Origin: Turneriella sp.
Lineage (GTDB): Bacteria; Spirochaetota; Leptospiria; Turneriellales; Turneriellaceae
Assembly (NCBI GenBank): GCA_965279515.1
Contig: CBDIID010000003.1
Coordinates: 1,056,001 to 1,120,000, forward strand
Direction of reading: 5' to 3'
DNA: 64,000 nt
A program made the position numbers and the translations under genes. Positions within the stretch are counted from its first letter, which is position 1. Every line of letters begins with the position of its first letter. The notes below the pieces were generated by a model that worked only from the letters and a program-made list of their open reading frames with translations, searched no databases and was not told the DNA's origin. Below, in pieces: positions 1 to 10,118 of this stretch.

Positions 1-78
1 GCAGAAAACAAGCAGCGTGCTGGTCAACACGCGCCGAGTCTGTGCTTTTAATTCGCCGCGGTTACTGGAGACAAAAAT

Positions 79-2088
79 ATGATTTCAGCTGAAGCCCTGA
101 TTGCCGCGCTCGCAATCCTCAATGTGATTCCGGTCACGTTACTCATCTTTATACGCCTGAAGCTCGCACACCAGAGTATACGCGCCATTTTTTCCATGCT
201 CATTGTGTTCGGCATGCTCTGGGGCGACACGCTCTTGCTGTCGCGCTATGATGGCTGGGATGCGCCCACCCGGATGTTCATTTTTTACACGAATTTTGCC
301 GTCGCAGCGGCGCTCGTGCTGGTATTTTTCGGCTTTTTTATCCGCTTCTCAGGCAACCAGGCAATTTTCAAAAAACCGGTTTTCTGGATTTTTACCGCAA
401 ACACCGGCGCCCTGATCGTCGCCTCATATCTCGGCCTGATCATCGCCGCATTTGAAACCAACGCCGACAAGCTGATGCTGCATTATGGCCCAGGCTACCC
501 GTGGTTTATCGCCTCTTCCCTGGCTGTGGAGCTTTATGGCCTCGTGATTGTCGTCCGCACCTACCGCAACTCAGAAAACGAACTGCTGCGTTTTCAGCTG
601 CGGACCATCATGGCTTATGCCACCATAACATTCGTGCTCGTTAACGTGATGAATATCCTGTTGCCCAACCTCATGAAAAATTCGCGTTTTTCCCTCGCCG
701 GGCCTTATCTCGCGTTATTCTTCTTCTCCGGTGTATTCCGCATTCTCTTGCGCGGCGCGCGTCTCTACGTGCTGAACGCACTCGATCGTATGCTGCAAAC
801 TGCGCCGTTCACAATACAGGAAAACCTTTTTGCCGTCCGTGAATTTATCCAGGCCCTGAAAGCTGCTGTGCTCTCGGGTGAAGGCAGCGCAGTGCGCCGC
901 GTGGAGTTTGCCGGCCCCGGCGGTGAAAAGCTCGGCCTGATGCTCGGAAAGAACTCCCCTGTGGACGCGCTGCTTTTCCAGGGGGATATCCCCGAAAAAG
1001 CGCTGCTGCCGCAGAAGTGGCTCAAGGGTTTTCAGGACACCGTGCGCGTGCTCGAAGAAGATAACCGCCACCTCGCGCTCTCGCTCATCAGAGCCGAAAC
1101 TATCTTACAGGAAAAATGGCTTTCAGATACCGTGGAGAATATTCCCGTGCGAACGGTACCTGCGCTTTCTGATACGTTGGCGATTGGCGATTATCTTCCG
1201 GCGATCGCGAAAAACATCAGCGAAAACCGCGAAAACTACGGCGTAGAAATCTGCACCCTTTCGCGCATCATGTTTAAACAGATGGCACAGGTAGAAGATC
1301 TGGCGCGTGGCAACCAGCTCATCGTCGTCGAAGGCGAACCGGGTACCGGTAAGGCCTCGATGGCGCGCGCGATCAATTTTTTCCGCTTCAAAGCGCAGAA
1401 CCTTGTGGAAATTCACTGCCAGAACGGCAACATTGACGCGCTCTCGAAACGCATCGAGGCGGTTGCCGCTGCGGTTGCGAAATCACGCAAAAAAACCGGC
1501 ATACTGATCCGCAATATGGATTTTATCCCGCTCGAAATGATTTCGATTTTTCTGCCCATCTTCAACCTCGATCAGGATAAAACCTTTGTCTACGTCACCT
1601 CCGTGTCTGACTACCTGCGTAATCTCGAAGGCCTCTCTGATACCCTGTTCCACAGGCTGAACCAGGTGCGTATTCAAATGCCCCCGTTGCGGCGGCGTGA
1701 AGACGATATTACGCATTTGATCTTCTGGTATGCAGCGCAATATGCAAAAAAAATGAATATCGCCTACACCGCGATATCTCCGGGGTTTATCGACGATGCG
1801 CGCCGCCTGAGCTGGCAGGGTAACATTGTTGAACTGCAGAATACTATACAGAGGGAACTCCTCAATAATAAACCCCCGGTTCTCAGCACCTTCCACCTGA
1901 ACGACCCCCATGCTCTCGCGGCACCGGGACAAGTACTCACGCCGCTCGAACGCGCCGAGCGTAAGGTCATCGTCGATTACCTGAAGAAGAACAACTTCAA
2001 TAAAAACCGTACGCGCATCGAACTCGACATCACGGTGAATACGCTGAATGCAAAGATTATCAAGTACGGTATCGAATTGCCGGAGTAA
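79..2088 (+). CDS. Membrane-bound transcriptional regulator: N-terminal 7TM (HisKA_7TM-like) sensor, degenerate sigma54-type AAA+ domain, C-terminal Fis-type HTH
   Basis: About 7 hydrophobic helices in aa 1-225 with GPGYPWF and RFQLR motifs; Walker A GEPGTGKA; LFHRLN..I.MPPLRRREDDI and WQGNIVELQN bEBP motifs; C-terminal LERAERKVI...NKNRTRIELDI...L..KIIKYGI. SD GGAG at 67-70. Confidence 0.8.
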   Translation: MISAEALIAALAILNVIPVTLLIFIRLKLAHQSIRAIFSMLIVFGMLWGDTLLLSRYDGWDAPTRMFIFYTNFAVAAALVLVFFGFFIRFSGNQAIFKKPVFWIFTANTGALIVASYLGLIIAAFETNADKLMLHYGPGYPWFIASSLAVELYGLVIVVRTYRNSENELLRFQLRTIMAYATITFVLVNVMNILLPNLMKNSRFSLAGPYLALFFFSGVFRILLRGARLYVLNALDRMLQTAPFTIQENLFAVREFIQALKAAVLSGEGSAVRRVEFAGPGGEKLGLMLGKNSPVDALLFQGDIPEKALLPQKWLKGFQDTVRVLEEDNRHLALSLIRAETILQEKWLSDTVENIPVRTVPALSDTLAIGDYLPAIAKNISENRENYGVEICTLSRIMFKQMAQVEDLARGNQLIVVEGEPGTGKASMARAINFFRFKAQNLVEIHCQNGNIDALSKRIEAVAAAVAKSRKKTGILIRNMDFIPLEMISIFLPIFNLDQDKTFVYVTSVSDYLRNLEGLSDTLFHRLNQVRIQMPPLRRREDDITHLIFWYAAQYAKKMNIAYTAISPGFIDDARRLSWQGNIVELQNTIQRELLNNKPPVLSTFHLNDPHALAAPGQVLTPLERAERKVIVDYLKKNNFNKNRTRIELDITVNTLNAKIIKYGIELPE

Positions 2089-3651
2089 CTAGCCGGCCAT
2101 TACGGCGTCGATAGCCGCCAGCAGCTCTTCACGGGAAAACGGTTTTTCCAGTGTGTGGATGTTGTTACCAAATTCGACAAGCTGCTCAGCTTCGGGAATA
2201 TGCCCCGAGATCAAAAGGCCCCTGAGCCCCGGAACCTTTTTGCCCACTGTAGCCAGCAATTCGACGCCGGAAAGCCCCGGCATAGACATATCGGTTACGA
2301 TCAGGTCAAAGACGGCGCCGCTGTCCAGCACAGCCAGGGCCTCCGCCGCGTTAGCGCAGCATTTCACCGGGTGGCCTGCGGTAGTCAAAATCATAGAAAT
2401 CAATCTCTGCAAATTCGGCTCGTCATCCACTAACAAAACCGAATGTGTGCGCACTTTTACGCTCGCTACAACCGCCACCTGCGTCTTCTCCATAACTCCC
2501 TCCGATACGGGCAAATAAACTTTAAATGCAGTACCACGCCCCGGCTCGCTGTAGACCTCCACAGCGCCGCCGGATTGATGTACAAGACCATAAACCGTCG
2601 CAAGCCCGAGCCCCGTGCCCTGGGCCTTGGTTGTAAAAAACGGTTCGAAGATTTTCTCCTGGGTTTCCGCGTCCATACCCACACCTGTGTCGTGAACCGT
2701 CAGCAAAACGTAGTCACCGGGAGGGCAGGTTGCATGGGTCTGCAGATATTCCTGATCCAGGCGGATATTCCGGCTGCGGACTACGAGTGTGCCACCGTCG
2801 GGCATCGCGTCGCGGGCATTCAGGGCGAGGTTGAGTAATATTTGCTCGATGAAGCCGGGATCAATACGTATTTCCTTCAGGTCCTGGGAGAGATCGATTG
2901 ACAGGGATATTTTGCCGGCGGCCAGCGAACGCAGTATAGGTTCCATACTCTGTACGACACGGTTAAGATTAAGGTTAACCGCATGCGCGGTGCGTTTCTG
3001 GCTGAACGCCATGAGCTGCTGCGCGACCCGGGCTGCACGCCGGGTCTCTGCCCTGAGCTGCGCAACCTCTTCTATCACCTTTGCGGCATCGGTTGCATTT
3101 TCCTCAACGGCATCGAGCCCCATGAGCAGCACTGTCAGCATATTATTGAAATCATGAGATATGCCGCTGGTAATGCGCCCGACGCTTTCCAGGCGTTCGA
3201 CTTGCCTGAGACGCTGGCTCAGCCTCGCATTATGCTCCTTCTCCATTTCGCGCCCCGTCACATCAATGGAGAAAACCACGGCGCCCTGGGGTACAGGTTG
3301 GATTCTGAGTTCAAAATAGCCTGAAGTTCCATCGGGAAAATCAAATTTATTGGTGAGAAAATGGACCTGGCCCTCGAAAATCGCGCCACGGATTTTTTCG
3401 AAAACCGCAGTGGCCTCAATGCCTGGGTAAACCTCGGTCATTTTGCGGCCGAGAAGGTCGTCAATGTTTTCCTGGCCGTGGCGGGCGGCCGCGGCATTCA
3501 CGTAGAGGTAGCGAAAATTGCGGTCAATAATCTGGTAACCTTCGAGCATGTTACCCACCGCCTCTTCCAAGAACTGACTACGCAGGCGGATATCAGAAAG
3601 TTCTTTCTCAAGATGCGTAATTACCTCCTGTGGGTCGCCATGGACAGACAT
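2089..3651 (-). CDS. PAS-domain hybrid sensor histidine kinase/response regulator
   Basis: PAS (YLYVNAAA...[11 protein letters not shown]), H-box [11 protein letters not shown]-box [38 protein letters not shown]-terminal REC ([16 protein letters not shown]). ATG at 3651 chosen; the ORF track starts at 3666. Confidence 0.93.
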   Translation of the reverse strand: MSVHGDPQEVITHLEKELSDIRLRSQFLEEAVGNMLEGYQIIDRNFRYLYVNAAAARHGQENIDDLLGRKMTEVYPGIEATAVFEKIRGAIFEGQVHFLTNKFDFPDGTSGYFELRIQPVPQGAVVFSIDVTGREMEKEHNARLSQRLRQVERLESVGRITSGISHDFNNMLTVLLMGLDAVEENATDAAKVIEEVAQLRAETRRAARVAQQLMAFSQKRTAHAVNLNLNRVVQSMEPILRSLAAGKISLSIDLSQDLKEIRIDPGFIEQILLNLALNARDAMPDGGTLVVRSRNIRLDQEYLQTHATCPPGDYVLLTVHDTGVGMDAETQEKIFEPFFTTKAQGTGLGLATVYGLVHQSGGAVEVYSEPGRGTAFKVYLPVSEGVMEKTQVAVVASVKVRTHSVLLVDDEPNLQRLISMILTTAGHPVKCCANAAEALAVLDSGAVFDLIVTDMSMPGLSGVELLATVGKKVPGLRGLLISGHIPEAEQLVEFGNNIHTLEKPFSREELLAAIDAVMAG

Positions 3652-3789
3652 GCTCGCCAGACGCAAAGTCCTAATCGTATGTCAATAATTTATTTGTCGA
3701 GATCATTTTTTGACATTCAACCCAATGCCCGAGGGCCTGTTTTTAAAACACCTTGACCGTGAATGCTTTGATCCATGTCGTAGTCACGC

Positions 3790-4887
3790 ATGAAAGGTGG
3801 AATTTTACTCATCGACGATGAAGCCGATATCCGCCGGTTAATGGCGCGCGTGCTTGCCCCATTAAAAATTAAAATCTATGAAGCTGAGAACGGGGCCGAG
3901 GGCCTCATTCAGGTGGCCGGGCACGAAATCTCGCTGATCGTGCTGGATTATAGCATGCCAGTCCTCGATGGCCTGGCCTTTCTGAAAAAGTTGCGCGGTG
4001 AACTGCAAAGCGAAATTCCAGTCCTCATGATGTCGGGGGCACATGATCCGCTTCTGCGGAAGAACTGCTATGCCCTGGGAGCCTATGACTTCATCGGCAA
4101 GCCCGAGAATTCCGATATCCTGCTGGCCCGGGTGGCCAACGGCCTGAAGATCGCCGAACTTCTCGAATACCGCCATGCGACAGAAAGAGATCTGCGCATT
4201 TCCGCCGCGATTATGACTAAACTGGCGGTTCCCGCCGAAATTGCCACCCCCCATTTCCGCCTGGAGACCATCTGCAAGAGTTATGCAGAAGTCGGTGGAG
4301 ATCTGTGCCTCGCTTTTGGCGTCGATACGGAAAAGCCTGTTTTTGTGATCGCCGATATCAGCGGGCATGGGGTCAGCGCGGCACTGTTCAGCGTTTTCGT
4401 AGGGGTTGCTTTACGCCGCGCCTACCGCGAGGCTCTTACCCCGCACCGGATTCTGACCCGGCTCAACCGCGAACTCTTTGAATATTTGCCCAAGAACTAT
4501 TTCGTCACCATGTTCTGCTGGAGTTTTGATGCGGTGCGCCGGGAACTTACCTGGGCCAATGCGGGACATCCCGCCCCTTTTATTATGGCTTCAGGTAGAT
4601 CGCGTGAGCTGGGAGCCGCCACCTTTCCCGCGCTGGGGGTTCGGGCAAACCAGGAATATACCGCCGAGACCCTACCCTTTAAGGCAGGCGATGGGCTTAT
4701 TGCCTATACAGATGGTGTCCTTGACGCTTTCAGGGATGAACAGTATACCATCGACAAGACGATGTCGCAGTTTTTCGAGCAATCTGCAAATCCCCGCGAT
4801 TTTTTTTTCCGGATGCGCGACTATCTCGAGAAACAGACGGGCTTCATCGACGACCGCAGCATTATGGTCTTCAGTTCCGGAACATGA
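3790..4887 (+). CDS. Response regulator with PP2C/SpoIIE (RsbU-like) phosphatase output
   Basis: REC (ILLIDDE, VLDYSMP), then VGGD, IADISGHGVSAA, ANAGHP, YTDGV, DDRS PP2C motifs. Confidence 0.92.
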   Translation: MKGGILLIDDEADIRRLMARVLAPLKIKIYEAENGAEGLIQVAGHEISLIVLDYSMPVLDGLAFLKKLRGELQSEIPVLMMSGAHDPLLRKNCYALGAYDFIGKPENSDILLARVANGLKIAELLEYRHATERDLRISAAIMTKLAVPAEIATPHFRLETICKSYAEVGGDLCLAFGVDTEKPVFVIADISGHGVSAALFSVFVGVALRRAYREALTPHRILTRLNRELFEYLPKNYFVTMFCWSFDAVRRELTWANAGHPAPFIMASGRSRELGAATFPALGVRANQEYTAETLPFKAGDGLIAYTDGVLDAFRDEQYTIDKTMSQFFEQSANPRDFFFRMRDYLEKQTGFIDDRSIMVFSSGT

Positions 4888-4906
4888 AATAATTTCAGGA
4901 GTTTAG

Positions 4907-5524
4907 ATGCAGCACCAGGCGCCCCATGCAAATACAAAACTTTTGATCGTTGACGACGATCGTGCAGTCCGCACGCTGATTGCGAAAATTGCCGGCGGTT
5001 GGATGTATGACACGGACGAAGACGAAAATGCTGAGGACGCGCTTGCGCGCCTGGCACAGGAACATTATAATATCGTGCTCACCGACATCAACATGGGCGG
5101 CATGGACGGAATCGCCTTCGCGGAAAAAATCCGCGAAACCATGCCGGCCACCGCCATCATTATCATGACGGGATACCCATCGCGCCAAACCGCGCAGAAA
5201 TCACGGGATATGGGCGCTATCTATTATATGCAAAAACCGGTCGACCTGAACGACCTCGGCGGTACGCTGAAGATTGCGGCGGCCTGGAACATCGGCATGC
5301 TGACAGAGCGGGCTGCGAACCGTTTTCTCACATTGAGCAAGGAAGACCAAAACCAACGCAGCGACAGATTCCGCACAGTTAAGTCCGCGATAAAAAACCA
5401 GCTGTCTGCGCCGGGGGGTATGGGGCACTTGCGCAATTTTGTCTATGATGCCAGCATTGAGGCAAACCCGTTCTATATCGAATTGCGTAAAAAAATTTCG
5501 GCTGGCCCCGCAAACCCGCCCTGA
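4907..5524 (+). CDS. Response regulator receiver protein with unassigned C-terminal tail
   Basis: LLIVDDD, VLTDINM, MTGY, QKP; about 80 aa C-terminal extension; SD AGGAG upstream. Confidence 0.88.
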   Translation: MQHQAPHANTKLLIVDDDRAVRTLIAKIAGGWMYDTDEDENAEDALARLAQEHYNIVLTDINMGGMDGIAFAEKIRETMPATAIIIMTGYPSRQTAQKSRDMGAIYYMQKPVDLNDLGGTLKIAAAWNIGMLTERAANRFLTLSKEDQNQRSDRFRTVKSAIKNQLSAPGGMGHLRNFVYDASIEANPFYIELRKKISAGPANPP

Positions 5525-5526
5525 CC

Positions 5527-5937
5527 TCAGCGCATGTCGAGATCGGTAAATTCGAAGCCGGGTGAGACAAGGCAGGCAGCGAGCACGTAATCACCCTCGG
5601 CTACCTCGGCGTTAAACCAGGTATGGGCGGGGATAATAATCTGCGGCAGGCAGGTTTCCCCCATTCCCAGTTTTTCGATTTTTACAATCCCGTTATCGTG
5701 TGTCTGCAGATTTAGTTCGCCCCCCGCCTGGAAAATCCAGGTTTCATCCCACGCCACCCGGTGCACGCGCGAAGTGACACCGCGGGGCAGCAGGTAGTAG
5801 ATCAGCGTCGCGAGCGAACGCTCTCCCCGGGTAGTCTGTGTTGTAAAAGCAGTGCGCAGCGTTTCACGGTACCAGCCACCTTCAGGATGCTCTAAAAGCC
5901 CGAGGCGCTGAATCAGCCGTTCTTTCTCAGACGCCAA
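5527..5937 (-). CDS. Cupin superfamily protein (DUF985/Cupin_5-like)
   Basis: LGLLEHPEGGWYRET, TLIYYLL, HRV..DE.W, CLVSPGFEF. Confidence 0.9.
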   Translation of the reverse strand: MASEKERLIQRLGLLEHPEGGWYRETLRTAFTTQTTRGERSLATLIYYLLPRGVTSRVHRVAWDETWIFQAGGELNLQTHDNGIVKIEKLGMGETCLPQIIIPAHTWFNAEVAEGDYVLAACLVSPGFEFTDLDMR

Positions 5938-6487
5938 TGACGAACTCGCTTACGGGTTTGCGCCCGCTGGGTTTTTCCTGCGCCAGGTGATGTTCGGCCA
6001 GATGCGAGCTATCGCCAGGTTTGCCGACAGCTACGGCGCAAATGATATCCTCCGCGGTGGTATCAATCTTCAGTTTTTCGGCGATCACATCCCTCATGAT
6101 ACCAGCCATTTGCCGCGTTCTGAATCCCAATTTTTGCGCCTGCAGATTCAGGGCCATCACCGCGGCGCCCGTATCGTACCATGAGTGCGGGTTGGGGCTC
6201 GCAGAGGCGGCAAAGGTTTTGCGTGCGCACACTATAATGATATGGCTGGCGCGGGGCGCCCATTTACGGTTGTTTTCATTCACGAATGCGTTGAACTCCT
6301 CCCGGGTTTTCTCATCCCTGGGATAATAAAACTTCCACGGCTGCTCATTGGATGAGGACGGTGCCCAGCGGGCGGCCTCGAAAAGCGCCATCAGCTCAGC
6401 CTCTGTTAGTTTGGCGCCCGGGTCATAGGCGCGCGGCGACCAGCGGTCGGTAAATTCTGGATCAACAGGGAAATCCGCATGGCGCAT
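5927..6487 (-). CDS. Nitroreductase family protein
   Basis: RWSPRAY, LFEAARWAPSSSNEQPWKF, YDTGAA, RQMAGI. Confidence 0.93.
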   Translation of the reverse strand: MRHADFPVDPEFTDRWSPRAYDPGAKLTEAELMALFEAARWAPSSSNEQPWKFYYPRDEKTREEFNAFVNENNRKWAPRASHIIIVCARKTFAASASPNPHSWYDTGAAVMALNLQAQKLGFRTRQMAGIMRDVIAEKLKIDTTAEDIICAVAVGKPGDSSHLAEHHLAQEKPSGRKPVSEFVIGV

Positions 6488-6574
6488 TGAGTCGGTTCAA
6501 GGATAGAACACCCCCGTCAAGGAGTATACGGTGACTCATAGTTGACAGGGCATTTTAATCCTGAGAGTTGAGAT

Positions 6575-7714
6575 ATGTTCAAAATCCAACGCCACCCCGC
6601 ATTTCTTGCCATAGGGGCGGCCCTTCTCTCTTTCGCCGCGGCGTTTCCGCTGGGCGCTCAAACCAGTACCCTTCCGGCGGCCGAAAATTTTACGCTCCCC
6701 ACCGCGCAGGGCTGCTCGAACCAGCTGGGTGGGGCAAAACCGAAAATCTATATCGCGAATTTTCTCGTCACCTATGGCAAAAAGACCATGGGGCGCCTCA
6801 TCGCCGACAACATCGCCTTCCGCTTTGAGAGCGATGAACGTTTTGAGCTTATCCCGCGAAAAACCATCGACAAAGAAATGTCCTCGCTGTTTAAGAAAAA
6901 GCTGAAACCTGAAGAATACCTGAATCTCGCGGTGTCGCTTGCCGCAGAGCACCAGGCCGATTGCGTGATCTTCGGGAAAATAGGCAAAAAAGGTTCACAA
7001 ATTTCTTTTCTTGTACGTATGGCAGCAGTCACTACGGGCGAAAATAAAATCAAGGTAGATGAGGATGTCGAACGCAAAGAAGCCTCGGCGTTTTTTGAAA
7101 GAACGGGGGAATCGTTGGTGGCGTATTTTAATGCGGCCGCGCCGGTCCCGGTTGTCGCAGAACAGCCCAGGAAAGAAAGTTCAAGAATCGTTTTGGTGGC
7201 CTGGGGTGGCTACAGTGTTTTCCTGCCAAATTCAGATACCGAAAAAACTATAAATTATTATAAATCTTTTTCGGGCTCAAACACTACCCTCGGAGGAATT
7301 TCAGGAGGAGCCGATCTGTGGATTCGTGTTGTCGACGGATTCGATTTGGGCGCTGGCGTGGGTTATTTATCGATTTGGAATTATAAATATACTTTAGGTT
7401 CCGCAACCTATGAAAGAGATATTCGTTTCATGCCCATTATGGCTCAGCTGCGCCTGATATCGGGAGCCGGGTTGTATTTGGCCGCTGGTTTTGGATACTT
7501 CAATAGCCTGTCGCAGGAAAGTCTGACTCAAAGTGGCCAGAAAATAAGTATTTCAATTTCCGACGGCGCACCCGCAATAAGCGGAAGCCTGGGCTGGCAA
7601 ATCAAATTGGGCAGCAGCGTCGTCATGGATTTGGGCGTAAAGTTCTGGCACATTCTCGAAAGATCTCCAGGCGAGGTAATTACGCCCTTCGCCGGCTTCG
7701 GCTTCCGCTTCTAA
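6575..7714 (+). CDS. Exported protein with TolB-N/CsgG/FlgO-like N-terminal domain and C-terminal outer-membrane beta-barrel
   Basis: Signal peptide; IYIANF...FELIPR...ADCVIFGKI pattern; alternating aromatic/Gly beta-strands ending FGFRF. Same architecture as 50931..52046. Confidence 0.6.
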   Translation: MFKIQRHPAFLAIGAALLSFAAAFPLGAQTSTLPAAENFTLPTAQGCSNQLGGAKPKIYIANFLVTYGKKTMGRLIADNIAFRFESDERFELIPRKTIDKEMSSLFKKKLKPEEYLNLAVSLAAEHQADCVIFGKIGKKGSQISFLVRMAAVTTGENKIKVDEDVERKEASAFFERTGESLVAYFNAAAPVPVVAEQPRKESSRIVLVAWGGYSVFLPNSDTEKTINYYKSFSGSNTTLGGISGGADLWIRVVDGFDLGAGVGYLSIWNYKYTLGSATYERDIRFMPIMAQLRLISGAGLYLAAGFGYFNSLSQESLTQSGQKISISISDGAPAISGSLGWQIKLGSSVVMDLGVKFWHILERSPGEVITPFAGFGFRF

Positions 7715-7716
7715 GC

Positions 7717-9990
7717 TCAGCGAAAAAACTCTGTCAGGCCTGTCGACCAGGCCTTGTAGAGATCGGCCAGTTTGAGTGAAACAGAACCGAGCTTGAACGC
7801 GCCGCCGTCTGCCGCGAGACTTCCGATGCGCAGTACGGGAAATTTATCCGACGCGATCGCCGTCAGCTTCTGCGCCCCGCTCCCGTTCACCGCCACCAGA
7901 TAGCTGTGCGCTGTCTCGCCGACGAGCGCTGTATCGGCGCCGCCGGCAAGGGCGATCAGTTTCACAAGTTCCGTAACCTCTATGGAGGGCATCTTTCCCG
8001 AGGATTCAAACGTGCTAAACGCCATACGGCAAGCGGCACGCACGAGACCACCGGCAGAAAGATCGATGGCGCCCACGATGCTGCCCGATGCAGCCAGTTC
8101 GGCCATCTTCTGCGCCCCCGCGATTTCTGATGCGAGATCGAGTTCGGGTAATGGGCCGAGTGGCTTCTCACCCATAACATAATGGTATTGCGAAGCGGCC
8201 TGTGTGGGTTTAAAGTTACCGCAGAGAAACAGGGCCAGAGTTTCGTCCATCGTGGCAGGCGCAACGGGCACCGCATACTCTGCATCGGCAAGCAATCCCA
8301 CTACGCCTAATGTTGGCGTCGGCAAGACCGGCCCGTCTTCAGATTCGTTATAAAATGAAACATTGCCGCTGATGATCGGCATCTTGAAGGCGCGGCAGGC
8401 ATCGGACATGCCGGTCACAGCCTCTTTGAAGAACCAGTAATTTTCGGGGATATAGGGGTTAGCAAAGTTCAGGCAGTTCGTGAGACCAATGGGCTTTGCG
8501 CCCGTCGCGGCGATATTGCGCACCGCTTCGGCGACCGTGAGCTGCGCACCTTTATAGGGATCGACCGCAATGTAATAGCCGTTGCCGTCGATCGTCACGG
8601 CGAGCGCTGATTTAGAATCGGGCACGCGCACGACGCAGCCATTCTGGCCGGGGCCGATCACACGCCCCAGGCCAATGTCCGTGTCGTACTGGCGGTAGAT
8701 CGGTTGGCGTGAACACAGGTTGGGATGGCTTAAGAGCTTTGCGAATAACTGCGTGAGTGCGCCGGCGTCGTTTTTCGCGAGCGCGCCTTCCACGTGGTTA
8801 AGTTTCGGCGCACCTGTCTTAATCGCTACAGCTTTCGTCTCGCGCATATAACGCGGCGCTTTTTTCGAAAGTATTTCTGCGGGCAGATTGGCGTAACATG
8901 CGCCGCTCAGATAAATCTGCAAATTTTTGCCTTCAGTCGTTTCGCCGATCACCGCGGCGTCGAGCTCCCACTTATCGAACACAGCTTTGACGCCCTGCCA
9001 AGCACCGGGCTCAATCACCATGAGCATGCGCTCCTGACTTTCAGACAGCATGAATTCGAAGGGCAGCATGCCCGTTTCGCGCGCCGGTACTTTTTCGAGA
9101 TCAAGGCGCACACCGACATTGCCCGAGGCCGCCATCTCAGACGACGAGCTCACAAGGCCTGCCGCGCCCATGTCCTGGATCGCGAGCACGAGTTTTTTCT
9201 GAATACACTCGAGCGTCGCTTCCATGACAAGCTTTTCGAGAAAGGGATCACCCACCTGCACAGCGCTGCGTTCTTCTTCGGATTCTTTGCTGAGATTCTT
9301 CGAGGCAAAGCTCGCACCGTGGATGCCGTCGCGGCCGGTTTTCGCCCCGACATAGACGACAAGCTTACCCGCGCCGGGAATTTTGGCCGTGGCCATCTTG
9401 TCGATATCGGCGACGCCGACGGTCATGGCATTCACCAAGGGGTTGCGCGTATAGGTCTCATGGAAAAAGATTTCACCGCCCGCATTGGCGATCCCCAAGC
9501 TGTTACCATAATCGCCGATACCTTTAACCACACGGCGGAGCAAATAGCGGGTTCGTTGGTCTTTGGCAGGAAGTCCGAAGCGAAGCGAATTCAGCGTCGC
9601 AATCGGCCGCGCGCCCATGGTAAAGATGTCGCGCATGATACCACCCACCCCAGTCGCCGCGCCCTGGTAGGGTTCGACGGCCGAGGGGTGGTTGTGTGAT
9701 TCGACCTTGAAGACGACAGCTTGTTTATCGTTGATTTTCAAAGCACCGGCATTCTCTTCGCCGGGTTTCGCCAGCATGAGATCCGATTCAGAATACAGGG
9801 TTTTTAAAATAAGGATGGAATTTTTGTACGAACAATGCTCCGACCACATGCCGGAAAACATCGCCAGTTCAGTAAAAGTGGGCGTACGACCGATCTGGTC
9901 GACAATCATCTCAAACTCGCCGTCCTTGAGGCCGAGTTTTTTCCCCTCGGCGGCGGTGCCTTCGCGGTCGACTAACGGAACTTCACCCAT
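7717..9990 (-). CDS. purL: Phosphoribosylformylglycinamidine synthase subunit II
   Basis: MWSEHCSYK, KVESHNHPS, GAATGVGG, QDMGAAG, SESQERM, ISGNVSFYNE; about 757 aa small-type PurL. Confidence 0.97.
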   Translation of the reverse strand: MGEVPLVDREGTAAEGKKLGLKDGEFEMIVDQIGRTPTFTELAMFSGMWSEHCSYKNSILILKTLYSESDLMLAKPGEENAGALKINDKQAVVFKVESHNHPSAVEPYQGAATGVGGIMRDIFTMGARPIATLNSLRFGLPAKDQRTRYLLRRVVKGIGDYGNSLGIANAGGEIFFHETYTRNPLVNAMTVGVADIDKMATAKIPGAGKLVVYVGAKTGRDGIHGASFASKNLSKESEEERSAVQVGDPFLEKLVMEATLECIQKKLVLAIQDMGAAGLVSSSSEMAASGNVGVRLDLEKVPARETGMLPFEFMLSESQERMLMVIEPGAWQGVKAVFDKWELDAAVIGETTEGKNLQIYLSGACYANLPAEILSKKAPRYMRETKAVAIKTGAPKLNHVEGALAKNDAGALTQLFAKLLSHPNLCSRQPIYRQYDTDIGLGRVIGPGQNGCVVRVPDSKSALAVTIDGNGYYIAVDPYKGAQLTVAEAVRNIAATGAKPIGLTNCLNFANPYIPENYWFFKEAVTGMSDACRAFKMPIISGNVSFYNESEDGPVLPTPTLGVVGLLADAEYAVPVAPATMDETLALFLCGNFKPTQAASQYHYVMGEKPLGPLPELDLASEIAGAQKMAELAASGSIVGAIDLSAGGLVRAACRMAFSTFESSGKMPSIEVTELVKLIALAGGADTALVGETAHSYLVAVNGSGAQKLTAIASDKFPVLRIGSLAADGGAFKLGSVSLKLADLYKAWSTGLTEFFR

Positions 9991-10118
9991 GCCGGAAAAA
10001 CTTGGATTTGAGACAGGCGGTCAAACCCATAGGATCCGCCAGCCAGCCATGGCATGCGGATCTGCAACCAGTCCGAAAAAGGCGTGGCAGTGCGTCGCGT
10101 ATCTGGAAATTATATCGT

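Noticed and set aside
4729..4740. TTCA-GGGA-TGAA mini-hairpin in the PP2C gene
   Set aside because: Weak AT-rich stem, no outer stem and no clear protein insertion; likely chance.
6539..6556. TAGTTGAC upstream of the nitroreductase as a MarR box
   Set aside because: Only a half-site, and it coincides with a TTGACA -35 hexamer.
8794..9699. 301-aa plus-strand ORF and many other long overlapping ORFs in the track
   Set aside because: They are antisense or alternative-frame shadows of clearly identified genes such as purL, with no recognisable motifs.
10050..10066. TGGCAT...TGCA as a sigma54 -24/-12 promoter
   Set aside because: The GG-to-GC spacing is 11 rather than 10 nt; the sequence is better explained by the hairpin element.
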